The position numbers were made by a program, and so were the translations under genes. A stretch of 64,000 nt of DNA from Candidatus Versatilivorator sp. (GTDB lineage Bacteria; Acidobacteriota; Terriglobia; Versatilivoradales; Versatilivoraceae): NCBI GenBank assembly GCA_965207735.1, contig OZ242296.1, forward strand, positions 736,001-800,000, written 5' to 3'. The notes beneath the pieces were generated by a model, which did not search any database, was not told the DNA's origin, and saw only the letters and a list, made by a program, of their open reading frames with translations. Position 1 is the first letter of the stretch, and each line of letters starts with the position of its first letter. This document shows positions 8,601 through 17,739 of the stretch, piece by piece.

Positions 8601-9447
8601 AACCGAAACGGTCGATCCAGTGGCCGGAAGCCAATCCGGAGTCGACCTGTTTCGCCGAGGGGTGCCTGCCCCCACGACCGGCCCCCAGTTGAGACAGGTC
8701 TTCAATCGCCCCGGGACTCAAGGCTTCCGCAAAAGTGCGCAATTCGTCCACAAAGGCCCGTCTCTCGTTGCTCTCCCGGTAATAGGGGGTCAGGACCTGG
8801 GTGTGAATGCCGATCTGGTCCAGCCACCTGCCAAAATGGAAGCGTCCCAGATGATTGCCGACCTCCCGGCCGTCCATGTAAAAACGGAGCCCTTCCAGTT
8901 CATGCCAGGTAAAGGCCAAAAAGAACCAGCGACCGGCAACCACGTCGGCGCTGTTTCCGGCATCCGCCTCGAGGATTCCGGAGTCGCGGTCGAAGAGCCT
9001 CAATTTAAGGGTCCGGCCTGTCCAAAAAAGGTGAGCGAAGAGGTGTTCGGGGGAATGAAGCTGCCGGGTGCTGATGCGAATGATGGAAAATGGGGTCTTC
9101 CCGGGGGGCTCGTCCAACTGCCACCAAAAAGCCAGGGTTCCCTGTTCGGGATAGACATTCCCGGCCGCGGCAAAGCTAAGCAGGGCTCCCCAGTCCAGGA
9201 ACAGGGCTCTTCCCTGCCGGCCGCGTCTGTCAACGCGGACCTTCCAGTTGCCCAGGGGAGCGGCATCTCCCTCTGCCTGGTCGGCCAGAACCCTGCGTTC
9301 GAAGGAAGCATAAAAAAGGGGTGAGGTGCTATCCTCGGCCAAGAATTCCACCCCGAAGGCTACCGAAAAGATCGCGGAAAGGAGAAGGGCAGGAGCCCGA
9401 AAGTGTCTTCTGGTGTTCTTGCTCACGGGGAGAAACGCGTGCACCAC
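5623..9447 (-). CDS. Large exported LamG-like jellyroll protein with a helical core and a C-terminal CARDB-like domain
   Basis: Signal-like N-terminus; QGTLAFWW, GRWFFLAFTW..LRFYMDG, VDELRTF; C-terminal LPDLAL..VTLHNLGS..EEITTRNN. Confidence 0.7.
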   Translation of the reverse strand: MVHAFLPVSKNTRRHFRAPALLLSAIFSVAFGVEFLAEDSTSPLFYASFERRVLADQAEGDAAPLGNWKVRVDRRGRQGRALFLDWGALLSFAAAGNVYPEQGTLAFWWQLDEPPGKTPFSIIRISTRQLHSPEHLFAHLFWTGRTLKLRLFDRDSGILEADAGNSADVVAGRWFFLAFTWHELEGLRFYMDGREVGNHLGRFHFGRWLDQIGIHTQVLTPYYRESNERRAFVDELRTFAEALSPGAIEDLSQLGAGRGGRHPSAKQVDSGLASGHWIDRFGWNNPEGTLPLTSPISIRPLRILSARDLKRVSPAAVDGFSESSWPPAMPGYPQEGRTLRLEVPQETLSHIRLRGNLRGKIYGSKDSQRRLLWDLSSEQGSESAKPLNAFLSTPWIEVERESGQVRELSLLSIRDAPVKGVESTEDGWLAFRLLPSEQAADLPGQSARQVRSLFGRRTELHRGYLPRDREGWVAVPEESFQPPSNRLEFPPTQGFRHIFLPPFLGHTSVKAIRIRMGGSTQDIPQESKVRWTVKDPILPQRNLVSVDFRWSAEQPADIELDLGDCFVPAGQSLWMTVASDQFDFSRQHFENAEIRVRTATEWRLPAEQAQPTDLLADRYLLIGQGLRRLTRRLDWMSMDFASARRNFSGVDETFRLAEGVLQSSPKDPLGLSFKGLLQPDSIPPEYREQSPSPLAHPEWAIQQKRLLDHYRRIADWWIDNRQLQDGTFGGGPDGDTRLAAHWPGIALMDGPALRLKESLVSLVETRLRDGTLEKGLNRQLQPTLQAYQAGLNLAPILALLDYGNPRWIEMLMETSRHLDRLTGVNPAGHRHFRSSRVSATESVGQGIYAREEAPSLLFWHAALALAEYNRTPILVEMLQEYAQARLDHWKKDRYPRLSLSIHFPTDEVMSRGMPGPPLLDLMWGVFRMTGDPEFLWPLSKLVQAGHTDTAQTAAARWQPFLAEDAKAGAFLRLLPQLSLWNHHLHFREAALLARQYAYEATGRKDYLLDYQAALLKHMEQNRTLFTEVELNPGGIFIPHRATQRARLGGIAHANQQIYAGHALSWENTRGQLAALVSRAKPDELEVTVFNLGETLRDVRMRVWQLENGIYEITAGLDLNDDGQVDLGLNRRILGLKRHSSVPLTLRGGKSTIIKIKQEQKGTPIWQLPDLALGPQDFQYEADNDRGKVTLHNLGSAPSHPFRLQIRNARGDVIFERRISSLPAPLDLQPKTTVVPLSGLRAAGGGARLHLQILSEPEVEEITTRNNSLRVDLPH

Positions 9448-9458
9448 CGGATAGTCTT

Positions 9459-9495
9459 CTGTCTCGGAAGTATGGTAACCCTATTTCCGGGACAG
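9459..9495. repeat. Short intergenic palindrome (REP-like or terminator)
   Basis: CTGTCTCGGAAGTA / TATTTCCGGGACAG; related arms occur near 24893, 24992 and 35515. Confidence 0.5.
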
Positions 9496-9505
9496 GACAC
9501 TAAAG

Positions 9506-12500
9506 CTAACGGATCCCGCTGAACTTTTCCTGCAGGAGGCGAATCTTCTCCGAAAAGGAAAGATTGGAGGTATCCGGAAGGACGTCCGCTTCAGGTGGTC
9601 TGGGTCGCTTGGGCCGGATGGCGGTGGTCTTGACCGCGGTGGCCTGACGCTTCTTTGTCTGGCGGCCCTTGGGGCCGGAAGGCCTTCTTTCCGGCTTTCC
9701 GGCGCGTCGCTTTTCCTGATGGTTGCCCTTCTCGCCGGCCGATGCATGCTTCGTTTTGAGTGTGGGTGTGCGTGAGCCTGTCTTCAGTGGCTTCTTCTTG
9801 CGTTTATTGGAGTCTTCCCTGACCCGGAGGGCCTTGATCGAAAGCGAAATCCTGTTGGTAGCGGTGTCCACGCCAATCACCTTTGCCTTGACCACTTGGC
9901 CTACGTGGACCGCTTGGTTCGCGTCCCGCACAAAACGGCTGGAGAGTTCGGAAATGTGGATCAGCCCCTCTTGTTGCACTCCGATATCCACGAACGCCCC
10001 GAAGCTGGTCACGTTGCTCACCGTTCCCTCAACCAGCATCCCCTCATGCAGATCCGACACCTCCTTGACATCCTCTCGAAACGAGGGCGGAACGAAGGCT
10101 CTCCGGCGGTCACGCCCGCGGCGGCCCAGTTCCCGTCTAATGTCCTGCAGTGTCGGAAGTCCGAACCGATCGCTGGATAATTTCTCCAGATCCAATGCCT
10201 TGAGTTTCTCAGGACTCTCAATCAGTTCAGCCACCGTTGCCTGCACCGATCCAGCCATCTCCTCCACCAGGTCGTAACACTCGGGATGAATAGCCGTTCC
10301 ATCCAGCGGCTGTTCGCCTCCGGGAACTCGCAGGAAACCGGCGGACTGTTCAAAGCGAGTTTCGGTAATCCCTGGAACCTCCATCAGTTGGGAGCGTGAG
10401 GAAAAGGGGCCGTGCTTCTGGCGGTATTCGACGATGCTTCGGGCCAAGGCGGAGTTCAACCCGGCAACGTGAGCGAGTAGCTGCACCGGCGCCGTGTTCA
10501 CATCCAGGCCCACCTGGTTGACACAGGATTCGAGGGCTCCCTCCAGCGTCCGCTTGAGGCGTCTTGGCTCAACCTCCTGCAGATCGGACCCCGCCAGGAT
10601 GGCCTTGGGTTGAATCTTCGCTAACTCGGCCAGCGGATCCTGCATTCGCCGAGCGATGGAAACGGCTCCCCGAACGCCAAGGTCCAGCCTGGGAAATTCC
10701 TTGCGAGCCGCCTCTGAGCTCGCGTAGGCCGCCGTTCCACCCTTGTGGACGATGGCGGAAAAAATCGGCGGTCGCTGGGCCGGCGTGGTCTCCGAGCGGG
10801 GCGACTCGCTCGCTGTCGGAGTGGGCGCCACCTCCATCGCCTCCGGAGTCCTGTCTTCAACCGGGCTTGCAGATTTCAGCTCGCCATTCCGATGGCTGTT
10901 TTCGTCGGCAGGTCTTTCCGCTCCTTCAGACGCAGAGGAGGCTGTCGGGGCGGAGTCTTCCTCGGAGGATGGCCGGGTAGCGGCACTTTCCCGATTGGTA
11001 TCCGCGCCCGCATCCTCCTGGATCGGAGCCGGCACCGCCATCGCCTCCGGAGTCCCGTCTTCAACCGGGCTTGCAGAGTTCAGCTCGCCATTCCGATGGC
11101 TGTTTTCGTCGGCAGGTCTTTCCGCTCCTTCAGACGCAGAGGAGGCTGTCGGGGCGGAGTCTTCCTCGGAGGATGGCCGGGTAGCGGCGCTTTCCCGATC
11201 GGTATCCGCGTCCGCTTTCTCGTGAATGGGAGCCGCCACCGCCACGGGTTTATCGGGGTTGGCCTCTGGCAAGGATTTTTCCCGGGGAGAATTCGGCTCT
11301 TCCACCGCCTCGGTTGCCGGAGGCCGATTGTCTGCTGCGGGGCCGGAAGGTTCGCTTTCCGTCCGGCCGTTGACCCCTTCTTCCCTCTTGGACGGAGCGT
11401 CGGATTTGGCCACCTTCCCACGGACCAGGTTGAGATCAAAGGAGTGCCCGGCACGATACTTGGTCAGAAAGCTCTTGACGAAACGCTCGGTTTCCCGCGA
11501 TCCGACTCCGTTGCCGATGGCGATGGTGTGAGTTCCGTGACGCTGGATGAGCCGATAGAGGATGGCTTCGGCCCGGTCGCTGTTTTTGCGGGGCAATCCC
11601 GGCGCGAAGGTGGCGTGCTCACGATAGCTCCCGTTTGCATCGATGACCGCTATCCTGCATGCCGAGCGGGCTCCGGGATCCATTCCCATGACCGCAATCG
11701 ACCCCAGCGGGGGCGCCAACAGCAAATTGGCAAGATTGGCTTGAAACAGTTTCAGCGCTTCGTTGTCGGACCTCTCCTTCAAGTTCGATCGGACTTCGGC
11801 CTGGAGGAGGGGTTTCAAGGAGTGGAGATAGGCATTTTGGATGGCTCTTTCCAGAAAGGGAACGCAGGGGGAATCGGACTGGCGGATCGTCTTGTCCCGG
11901 ATCACCTGGAGAGCCTTTTGATCGTCCAATTCGATTTCAAGGGTCAGAATTCCCTCCCGGACGCCGCGTCGTAGCGCCGTCACTCGGTGAAAGGGAATCC
12001 GAGAAATCTCTTCGCGGAAGTCATAGAAACTGTCGTATTTGGTTTTTTCGCCCGCTTTCCCTTCGACGACCTTCGAAACCACCGTCCCTTCCGAGGACAT
12101 CAATCGCCTGAGCGCTCCTCGAATCGCGGCATCATCGGCCACCCACCGGGCCACGATTGCCAGTGCGCCTTCAATGGCTTCCTCCTTTGTGGCAACAGCC
12201 TTTTCCTCGGAGAGATACTTTTCGGCGAAGGCGTCGATGGAGAATTTCCCGGTTTCCTGCGCCCACAGTTGTTTGGCCAGGGACTCCAGCCCTTTCTCTC
12301 TGGCGGCGGATGCTTCTTTGCTTTCCTGGCGCTTGAAGGGAGCGTAGAGATCCTCCAGCCTGTTCTTGTCGTAACAGGCCAGAAGCTGTTCCTTCAGTTC
12401 GTCGGAGAGCTTGTCCTGATCTTCAATCCTGGACAGGATCAGCCGCCTCCGCTTCAGGAACGCGCGATACCGACCGTGACATTCCGCAATGCGGCGAATC

Positions 12501-12667
12501 CTGGGCTCGTCCAGGTTTCCCGTAGCTTCCTTGCGATACCGGGCAATGAAGGGGATGGCTGCCGGCTTTTCCAGCAAGTCCAGGGTGGCCCCAACCTGCT
12601 TGGGTGAGGTTCCGGACTCTTTGGCGATTTTTTGGAGTAGGGTGGGGTCCAGATCCATGCGGTTCAT
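9506..12667 (-). CDS. tex: Tex-family RNA-binding protein with a long low-complexity insertion
   Basis: IPFIARYRKEATG, LEDLYAPFK, MGMDPG, IAIGNG, AVSIARRMQDPLAEL, HhH region, and S1 domain (NVTSFGAFVDIGV). Confidence 0.88.
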   Translation of the reverse strand: MNRMDLDPTLLQKIAKESGTSPKQVGATLDLLEKPAAIPFIARYRKEATGNLDEPRIRRIAECHGRYRAFLKRRRLILSRIEDQDKLSDELKEQLLACYDKNRLEDLYAPFKRQESKEASAAREKGLESLAKQLWAQETGKFSIDAFAEKYLSEEKAVATKEEAIEGALAIVARWVADDAAIRGALRRLMSSEGTVVSKVVEGKAGEKTKYDSFYDFREEISRIPFHRVTALRRGVREGILTLEIELDDQKALQVIRDKTIRQSDSPCVPFLERAIQNAYLHSLKPLLQAEVRSNLKERSDNEALKLFQANLANLLLAPPLGSIAVMGMDPGARSACRIAVIDANGSYREHATFAPGLPRKNSDRAEAILYRLIQRHGTHTIAIGNGVGSRETERFVKSFLTKYRAGHSFDLNLVRGKVAKSDAPSKREEGVNGRTESEPSGPAADNRPPATEAVEEPNSPREKSLPEANPDKPVAVAAPIHEKADADTDRESAATRPSSEEDSAPTASSASEGAERPADENSHRNGELNSASPVEDGTPEAMAVPAPIQEDAGADTNRESAATRPSSEEDSAPTASSASEGAERPADENSHRNGELKSASPVEDRTPEAMEVAPTPTASESPRSETTPAQRPPIFSAIVHKGGTAAYASSEAARKEFPRLDLGVRGAVSIARRMQDPLAELAKIQPKAILAGSDLQEVEPRRLKRTLEGALESCVNQVGLDVNTAPVQLLAHVAGLNSALARSIVEYRQKHGPFSSRSQLMEVPGITETRFEQSAGFLRVPGGEQPLDGTAIHPECYDLVEEMAGSVQATVAELIESPEKLKALDLEKLSSDRFGLPTLQDIRRELGRRGRDRRRAFVPPSFREDVKEVSDLHEGMLVEGTVSNVTSFGAFVDIGVQQEGLIHISELSSRFVRDANQAVHVGQVVKAKVIGVDTATNRISLSIKALRVREDSNKRKKKPLKTGSRTPTLKTKHASAGEKGNHQEKRRAGKPERRPSGPKGRQTKKRQATAVKTTAIRPKRPRPPEADVLPDTSNLSFSEKIRLLQEKFSGIR
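10834..11243. repeat. In-frame 204-bp tandem duplication inside tex
   Basis: Near-identical units start at 10834 and 11038; period is 68 aa. Confidence 0.95.
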
Positions 12668-12799
12668 TTCCTGCAAGCGAGCCACACATTATAGCAGAAC
12701 GGCTCCAGACCGCCACCGCAAGCCATCGTTGCAAAGGAAGGAATCCCTCGGGGCCGTTCCGAGTGTCCTCTCTCAGAAAAAAAACGATTTCCTGTCGTG

Positions 12800-14002
12800 T
12801 CAACCATTCGTCAGGGAGAGCGCTCGTTGGGCCGCGCGATCCAGGGCATTGCGGAGTTGGCTGGAGTCGCTCCCGCCACCCTGAACCAAGGCAGGTGCGC
12901 CGCCGCCCCTTCCCGAAATCATGCGACTGCACTCCGTCATCACCGGGCGAAGGTCTCCGGCAAGAGACTCACTCCGGGCCAGGAGGAGTTGCGCTTTCTC
13001 GCCGCCGTTGCCGAGCAGGACCCAGCAAGGGCCGCAGGCCAGCAGGCGTTGCGCCAGCAGGGTGAGAAATCCTCTCTCTTCTCCCTCAAATTGATGCTTC
13101 ACAATTCGTATCCCCTCCCTGCAAGGCGCCTGGTCGAAAAGATCTTGCGCCAGTAGCTCAGCCAGCCACTCGTCCTTTTCCTTCAAACGCTTGCGAATGG
13201 TTTTTATTTCCCGCGTCTGTTTTTCGACTCGATCGGGGGCATCCTGAGGGGCAACCGAGAGTTCCCTGGCGATTCGATCCAGGTCTCCCGAGCGGTGGCG
13301 ATAGGAGTGGAGTGAGCGCTGCCCGCAAACGAATTCCACGCGAGTCCGGCGGTTCACCCGCTCAACGCGATTGATGAAAATTCCACCGATTTCTCCGGTT
13401 AGTCTCACATGGGTGCCGCCACAGGCTGAAACGTCGAAGTCCTCGATGGTGAGCACTCTCAGGATTCCTTTCCGTTGGCTTGGCTTGCGCAAGTTGAGGT
13501 CGCCGGCCTCGTCGGGGGACACCAATTGTGGAGTGACGCTTCGGTTTTGGTAGACGATCGAGTTTGCCAGATCCTCGGCCGATCGCAAGGTGGCCTGGCC
13601 GACCTCGGCTGCTTCGAGATCGATGGTGGCATACTCGGCACTGAGGTGAAAGCCGATGGTGGCGAGGGAAGCGACTCGAACAAAGGCTTGCGAAAGGATA
13701 TGCTGGCCCGTGTGCTGCTGCATGTGGTCGAACCGTCTGGGCCAATCAACCCGGCATTGGACCTCGGTGAGGGGGAGGCGGTGTTGCAGCCGGTGGATGA
13801 CGGTTCCATCGGGACCATCCACCACCTCAACCACCGGAAATCCCTCGATAAACCCCAGATCATGGGGTTGGCCGCCCGAGGTGGGATAGAAGGCGGTTCG
13901 ATCCAGCCTCACTTCAAAAAAATTCCCAGCCTGTTCCGCCTGAAGGATTCGGGCCTCAAACTCGGTCAGGTAGCTATCCGAAAAGTAGAGCCGGTCGGTC
14001 AT
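12800..14002 (-). CDS. Alanyl-tRNA editing protein (AlaX type, with DHHA1 domain)
   Basis: TDRLYFSDSY, TAFYPTSGGQPHD, MQQHTGQH, CGGTH, GRGGG. Confidence 0.92.
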   Translation of the reverse strand: MTDRLYFSDSYLTEFEARILQAEQAGNFFEVRLDRTAFYPTSGGQPHDLGFIEGFPVVEVVDGPDGTVIHRLQHRLPLTEVQCRVDWPRRFDHMQQHTGQHILSQAFVRVASLATIGFHLSAEYATIDLEAAEVGQATLRSAEDLANSIVYQNRSVTPQLVSPDEAGDLNLRKPSQRKGILRVLTIEDFDVSACGGTHVRLTGEIGGIFINRVERVNRRTRVEFVCGQRSLHSYRHRSGDLDRIARELSVAPQDAPDRVEKQTREIKTIRKRLKEKDEWLAELLAQDLFDQAPCREGIRIVKHQFEGEERGFLTLLAQRLLACGPCWVLLGNGGEKAQLLLARSESLAGDLRPVMTECSRMISGRGGGAPALVQGGGSDSSQLRNALDRAAQRALSLTNG

Positions 14003-14058
14003 GGAAAGTCTTCCGGGTGAGCCGTCGTTTGGCAATTGGGGCCGCGGGGCCGTCCATT

Positions 14059-15228
14059 TCAAGCTTCGAAAAGATGCAGGTACTTCAATCCCGATCCGGT
14101 GTTGAAGAGGACGACTTCGTCGGAAGGCCGGACAAAACGGGATTGGATCAGCTTCTTCAGAGCAGCCAGGGTGGCTCCGCCTTCCGGACAGACAAACAGA
14201 CCCTCCGACCGCCCCATGGTCCTGGCCTCGACCAACATTTCCCGGTCGGTTACCGCCACTGCCGTACCGCCGCTTTGGCGCAGGATTTCCAGCATCAGAA
14301 AATCGCCGATGGCTCGCGGCACCCGCAATCCAGCTGCAAGCGTGTTTGCCTGGGACCAGGGCTCGCATCGAGCCTTGCCTTGCTCAAAGGCCCGTACCAC
14401 CGGAGCACATCCGGCAGCCTGAACGCTTACCATCCTGGGTTGCTTGGAATTGACCCAGCCCAGTTGCCGCATTTCCTGGAAGGCCTTCCACATTCCCACC
14501 AGCCCCGTGCCTCCTCCGGTGGGGTAAATGATGACATCGGGCAAGCGCCATTGGAGCTGCTCGGCCAATTCCAGCCCCAGGGTCTTCTTGCCTTCGATCC
14601 GGTAAGGCTCCTTCAAGGTGGCGACGTCGAACCAGCCGTTGGCGCTGGCCTGCTGGGCCGCCAGACGGCCGCAATCGGTGATGAGACCGTCCACCAAATG
14701 AACCCGGGCTCCCAGGGCTTCGCACTCGATGCGGTTGGCCGGTGGGACGTCTCGAGGCATGAAAACGTGGGCTTGCATCCCGGCCCGGGCGGCGTAGGCC
14801 GCCAGTGCTCCACCGGCGTTTCCGGCTGATGGAATTGCCAGCCTTTCAGCACCCAGGGCCTTGGCCATGGATACCGCCGCCGACAATCCTCGGGCCTTGA
14901 AGGAGCCCGTGGGGTTGGCGGACTCGTCCTTGATCCAAAGTCGGGACAACCCCAGGCTGGAGGCCAGTCTGCCGGCATCGACCAATGGAGTGCCGCCCTC
15001 GCCCAGGCTGATCCTCGCCTGAGAATTTCCGGGAGGCAACAGTTCCTCGTACCTCCACATCGTTTGAGGTCGACTCCCCTGGAACTTATGGGGGAGGCTC
15101 GCTTGAACTGCCGGTAGGTCATAGCGGACCAACAGGGGGTTGCCGCAGGGACAGAGGTTGATCAATTGTCGAGGCGAGTGGACTTTGGCGCAGGCGCTGC
15201 ACTCCAGATTGAGCAGAAAAGGGTTCAC
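14059..15228 (-). CDS. thrC: Threonine synthase
   Basis: LECSAC, SLGEGGTPL, NPTGSFKARG, SAGNAG, YPTGGG, NTGSGLKY. Confidence 0.9.
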   Translation of the reverse strand: MNPFLLNLECSACAKVHSPRQLINLCPCGNPLLVRYDLPAVQASLPHKFQGSRPQTMWRYEELLPPGNSQARISLGEGGTPLVDAGRLASSLGLSRLWIKDESANPTGSFKARGLSAAVSMAKALGAERLAIPSAGNAGGALAAYAARAGMQAHVFMPRDVPPANRIECEALGARVHLVDGLITDCGRLAAQQASANGWFDVATLKEPYRIEGKKTLGLELAEQLQWRLPDVIIYPTGGGTGLVGMWKAFQEMRQLGWVNSKQPRMVSVQAAGCAPVVRAFEQGKARCEPWSQANTLAAGLRVPRAIGDFLMLEILRQSGGTAVAVTDREMLVEARTMGRSEGLFVCPEGGATLAALKKLIQSRFVRPSDEVVLFNTGSGLKYLHLFEA

Positions 15229-15500
15229 CGGAAAGAACTCCCGAGGAGAGCATGGATCGGACCGGCAGTCAGTATACCCCATGTCCCGCTTGCCTGAACC
15301 CATCGAGCGGTTGTCCACAAAAGCGACCTCCACGACGAGGCGGAAGAACCGCGAATGAACACGAATTGACACCAATAATCGCATCGATGATCTGTCTTCG
15401 TGTCCAATGGTGGTTCACATCCATCATCACTAACGAACGCCGCCTTACCTCGAATGATCCGCATGCCGGATCCCGCCGGGGATCGAAATTTTTTTCTTAG

Positions 15501-15647
15501 TTAACATGGATGAAAAGGATGAACAGGATGAACAAGACGTAAGATTTCTGCACCGGAAGCCGGCTCGGGGGATGATGCGGTGCGGGCCTGCGGATGCTCA
15601 GGATCGCAGGCTGCCGGACTCCTGAAACAAAATCCTGTGTATCCATG
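15501..15647 (-). repeat. REP/REPIN-like element, family A (inverted copy)
   Basis: Ends TTAACATGGATG ... ATCCTGTGTATCCATG; reverse complement aligns with 15704-15856 and 30191-30340. Confidence 0.75.
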
Positions 15648-15856
15648 AGCCTTTTGCAACATTCCGCAGCCAACGGTTTTATGGAGGCTCGGAACAGGTT
15701 TTGATTCACATGGATGCACAGGATGCACAGGATTTTTTCAGGAAACGGCTAGCGGGTAATCCTGGCATCCGCAAATCCGCACACGATCATTGCCGGAGCC
15801 GGCTTCTCGTGCAGCAGCGTCCCGTACTGGTTATCCTGTGCATGGATGTGAATTAT
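15645..15856 (+). repeat. ~210-bp dispersed repeat (MITE-like end plus family A element)
   Basis: Near-identical to 20234-20446. Confidence 0.92.
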
Positions 15857-15896
15857 CCCTGTAACTCTGGGGTGAGATCGCCGCCGCATCCCGCCC

Positions 15897-15925
15897 TTGC
15901 AAAGGGGAGAAATATGGGTTAAAAT
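15897..15925 (+). promoter_or_regulatory. Putative sigma70 promoter of the TPR gene
   Basis: TTGCAA-N17-TAAAAT. Confidence 0.5.
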
Positions 15926-16065
15926 CTTCCCAAGCCCTGATACCGTTGACCTGCGCCCTCAAAGGCCGCCATAACGGTTCTCATCGACAACGCCTGTCGC
16001 ATGACCACATGGACTGAGTGCGGTCGTCCCAAAGGAGGGGTAACGTGGCAAAACTCTCATGGAGG

Positions 16066-17130
16066 ATGCGTCGGCCGAAGAATCCTGCCCGAACGGCACC
16101 GGTTCTACTGCTGATGGTATTGGCTGCCTCCGCTTCCGTCCTCGCTCAGCAGGAGAAGAAAGCGGCTCCCCGGCCCAAGACCAGGGCGGAATTCGAGGCC
16201 TATACGCAACTGTACAATGAGAAGGACATGCGCCGGAAAGCCCTTCTGGCCGGGAAATTCATTGGGGACTTCCCTCGGTCCGACTTCCGTCTGGCGGCTT
16301 TTCAGTTGGAGATTCAGGCCAATGAGGCGTTGGGCAACCATGAAAAGCTGGTTTCGGCCGGAGAAAAGGCGCTGCAAGAGTTTCCGCAGGCCGACAAGCA
16401 GTCGCAGATCTACATACTTCAGCGCATGATCCGTGGCTACCAGCAGCTCAACAATTCTCGCAAGACCATAGAGGCGGGCGAGAGGCTGCTAAAGGTGGAG
16501 CCCCGCCATCTGTCGACTCTTCTCACTCTTTCCATGGTGCTTCCAAGGTTCCTGCCCGAGGATGAGACGGGCCGCGCCCGGCAACTGGACAGAGCCCTGG
16601 AAATCGCCAACCGGGCGCAGCGTCGGGTCGATGCCATTGTCAATGGACCCAAACCGTCAGCACTGACGCCCGCCCAATGGGTCAGGCAAAAGGCGGATCT
16701 GCCGGCCCGGGTGCACGCCGCCCTGGGCCTGATTCACTTCAACCGCAAGGACTATCCGAGTTCCATCGAGGAGTACGAGAAGGCGACCACCTTGTCCAGA
16801 GGCGAGAGCGTCGACTTCTACCGGCTAGGGATCGCCTACTACTACCAGGCGCTGGCCGTCAGCCAGGAACTGGCCGAATGGGACGCGAAAGAAAACCCGG
16901 ATACCGTTGCCAAAGAGGAAAAGGAGGCTCAGTTCGCTTCCTGGAGAGACAAGGCCATCACCGCCCTGGCAAAGGTGATCGTGTTGAAGGACGATGCTCC
17001 CGCGCAGGTAGTCGAGTCTGCCACGGCTCAGTTGGAGCGGCTCTACAAAAGCAGGAACAACGACTCTCTGGATGGATTGGAAAGCGTGCTCGCCGAGGCT
17101 GCCAGAGAATTGGGGAGTGGGGTCCAGTGA
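16066..17130 (+). CDS. Exported tetratricopeptide-repeat protein
   Basis: Signal peptide ending ASVLA; helical repeats, e.g. VHAALGLIHF..YPSSIEEYEKA..DFYRLGIAYY. Confidence 0.8.
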   Translation: MRRPKNPARTAPVLLLMVLAASASVLAQQEKKAAPRPKTRAEFEAYTQLYNEKDMRRKALLAGKFIGDFPRSDFRLAAFQLEIQANEALGNHEKLVSAGEKALQEFPQADKQSQIYILQRMIRGYQQLNNSRKTIEAGERLLKVEPRHLSTLLTLSMVLPRFLPEDETGRARQLDRALEIANRAQRRVDAIVNGPKPSALTPAQWVRQKADLPARVHAALGLIHFNRKDYPSSIEEYEKATTLSRGESVDFYRLGIAYYYQALAVSQELAEWDAKENPDTVAKEEKEAQFASWRDKAITALAKVIVLKDDAPAQVVESATAQLERLYKSRNNDSLDGLESVLAEAARELGSGVQ

Positions 17131-17150
17131 CCTTCCGTTCCGGGAAGGCG

Positions 17151-17729
17151 CTACGGAGACAGGTTATTCAGCAATCGGGATCGGTCCATGGGAAAAGGCG
17201 TTTGCACCAGCACTGAAAAACGCCGGCGTGGATCGGATTGGTGGGTCGCCGAATAGTTGTTCCGGCCGAACAACCCGTCGCAAAAACAGCCAATTTCAGG
17301 GTTCAGTGAAGCGTAGGTTTCCTCGTTGTTGGGTGCCAGCAGTCGATCATTGACGCCAAGTTCGAATTCCCGGCTGTCGAAGCCAAGCTTCCCTGCCAGG
17401 CGTCCATCTTCCTCCAATTTCCTGCAGGTCGTCAGCACCGCCCGCAAGGCCTGGCGGAAGCGATCCTGGTTTGCGCCCCCAAGCCTTGCCTTGCGATTGT
17501 AGCGAACGCCAAGGCGGTTATCGCTCCAGTCGAGGCTGTAATCGGCTTCGTGGCCCACCAGGAGAATGCCGGGTCCGGCAGGCACATGGCGGTAGTCGGC
17601 CACGTCCACCAGGGTTTCCTCGCAACTCTGCTCCCTCACCCAGTCATGAAAGATGGGGATCAAGGGTTCCAGGTCAACCACGCTCGAGTGCTGGAGGTGC
17701 AGCTTCAGGTTGACGTGTTGGATTTCCAT
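17151..17729 (-). CDS. Hypothetical protein coupled to the nitrite/sulfite reductase
   Basis: Starts 10 bp after the reductase stop; IPIFHDW, LVDVADYRHVPAGPGILLVGH. Confidence 0.75.
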   Translation of the reverse strand: MEIQHVNLKLHLQHSSVVDLEPLIPIFHDWVREQSCEETLVDVADYRHVPAGPGILLVGHEADYSLDWSDNRLGVRYNRKARLGGANQDRFRQALRAVLTTCRKLEEDGRLAGKLGFDSREFELGVNDRLLAPNNEETYASLNPEIGCFCDGLFGRNNYSATHQSDPRRRFSVLVQTPFPMDRSRLLNNLSP

Positions 17730-17739
17730 TCCGGGTGGT

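Noticed and set aside
14003-15384. Long N-terminal extensions of AlaX and ThrC in the ORF track (likewise YagF, NfeD, Gfo, CusC)
   Set aside because: They run through intergenic repeats or neighbouring genes; family homology and RBS positions point to downstream starts.
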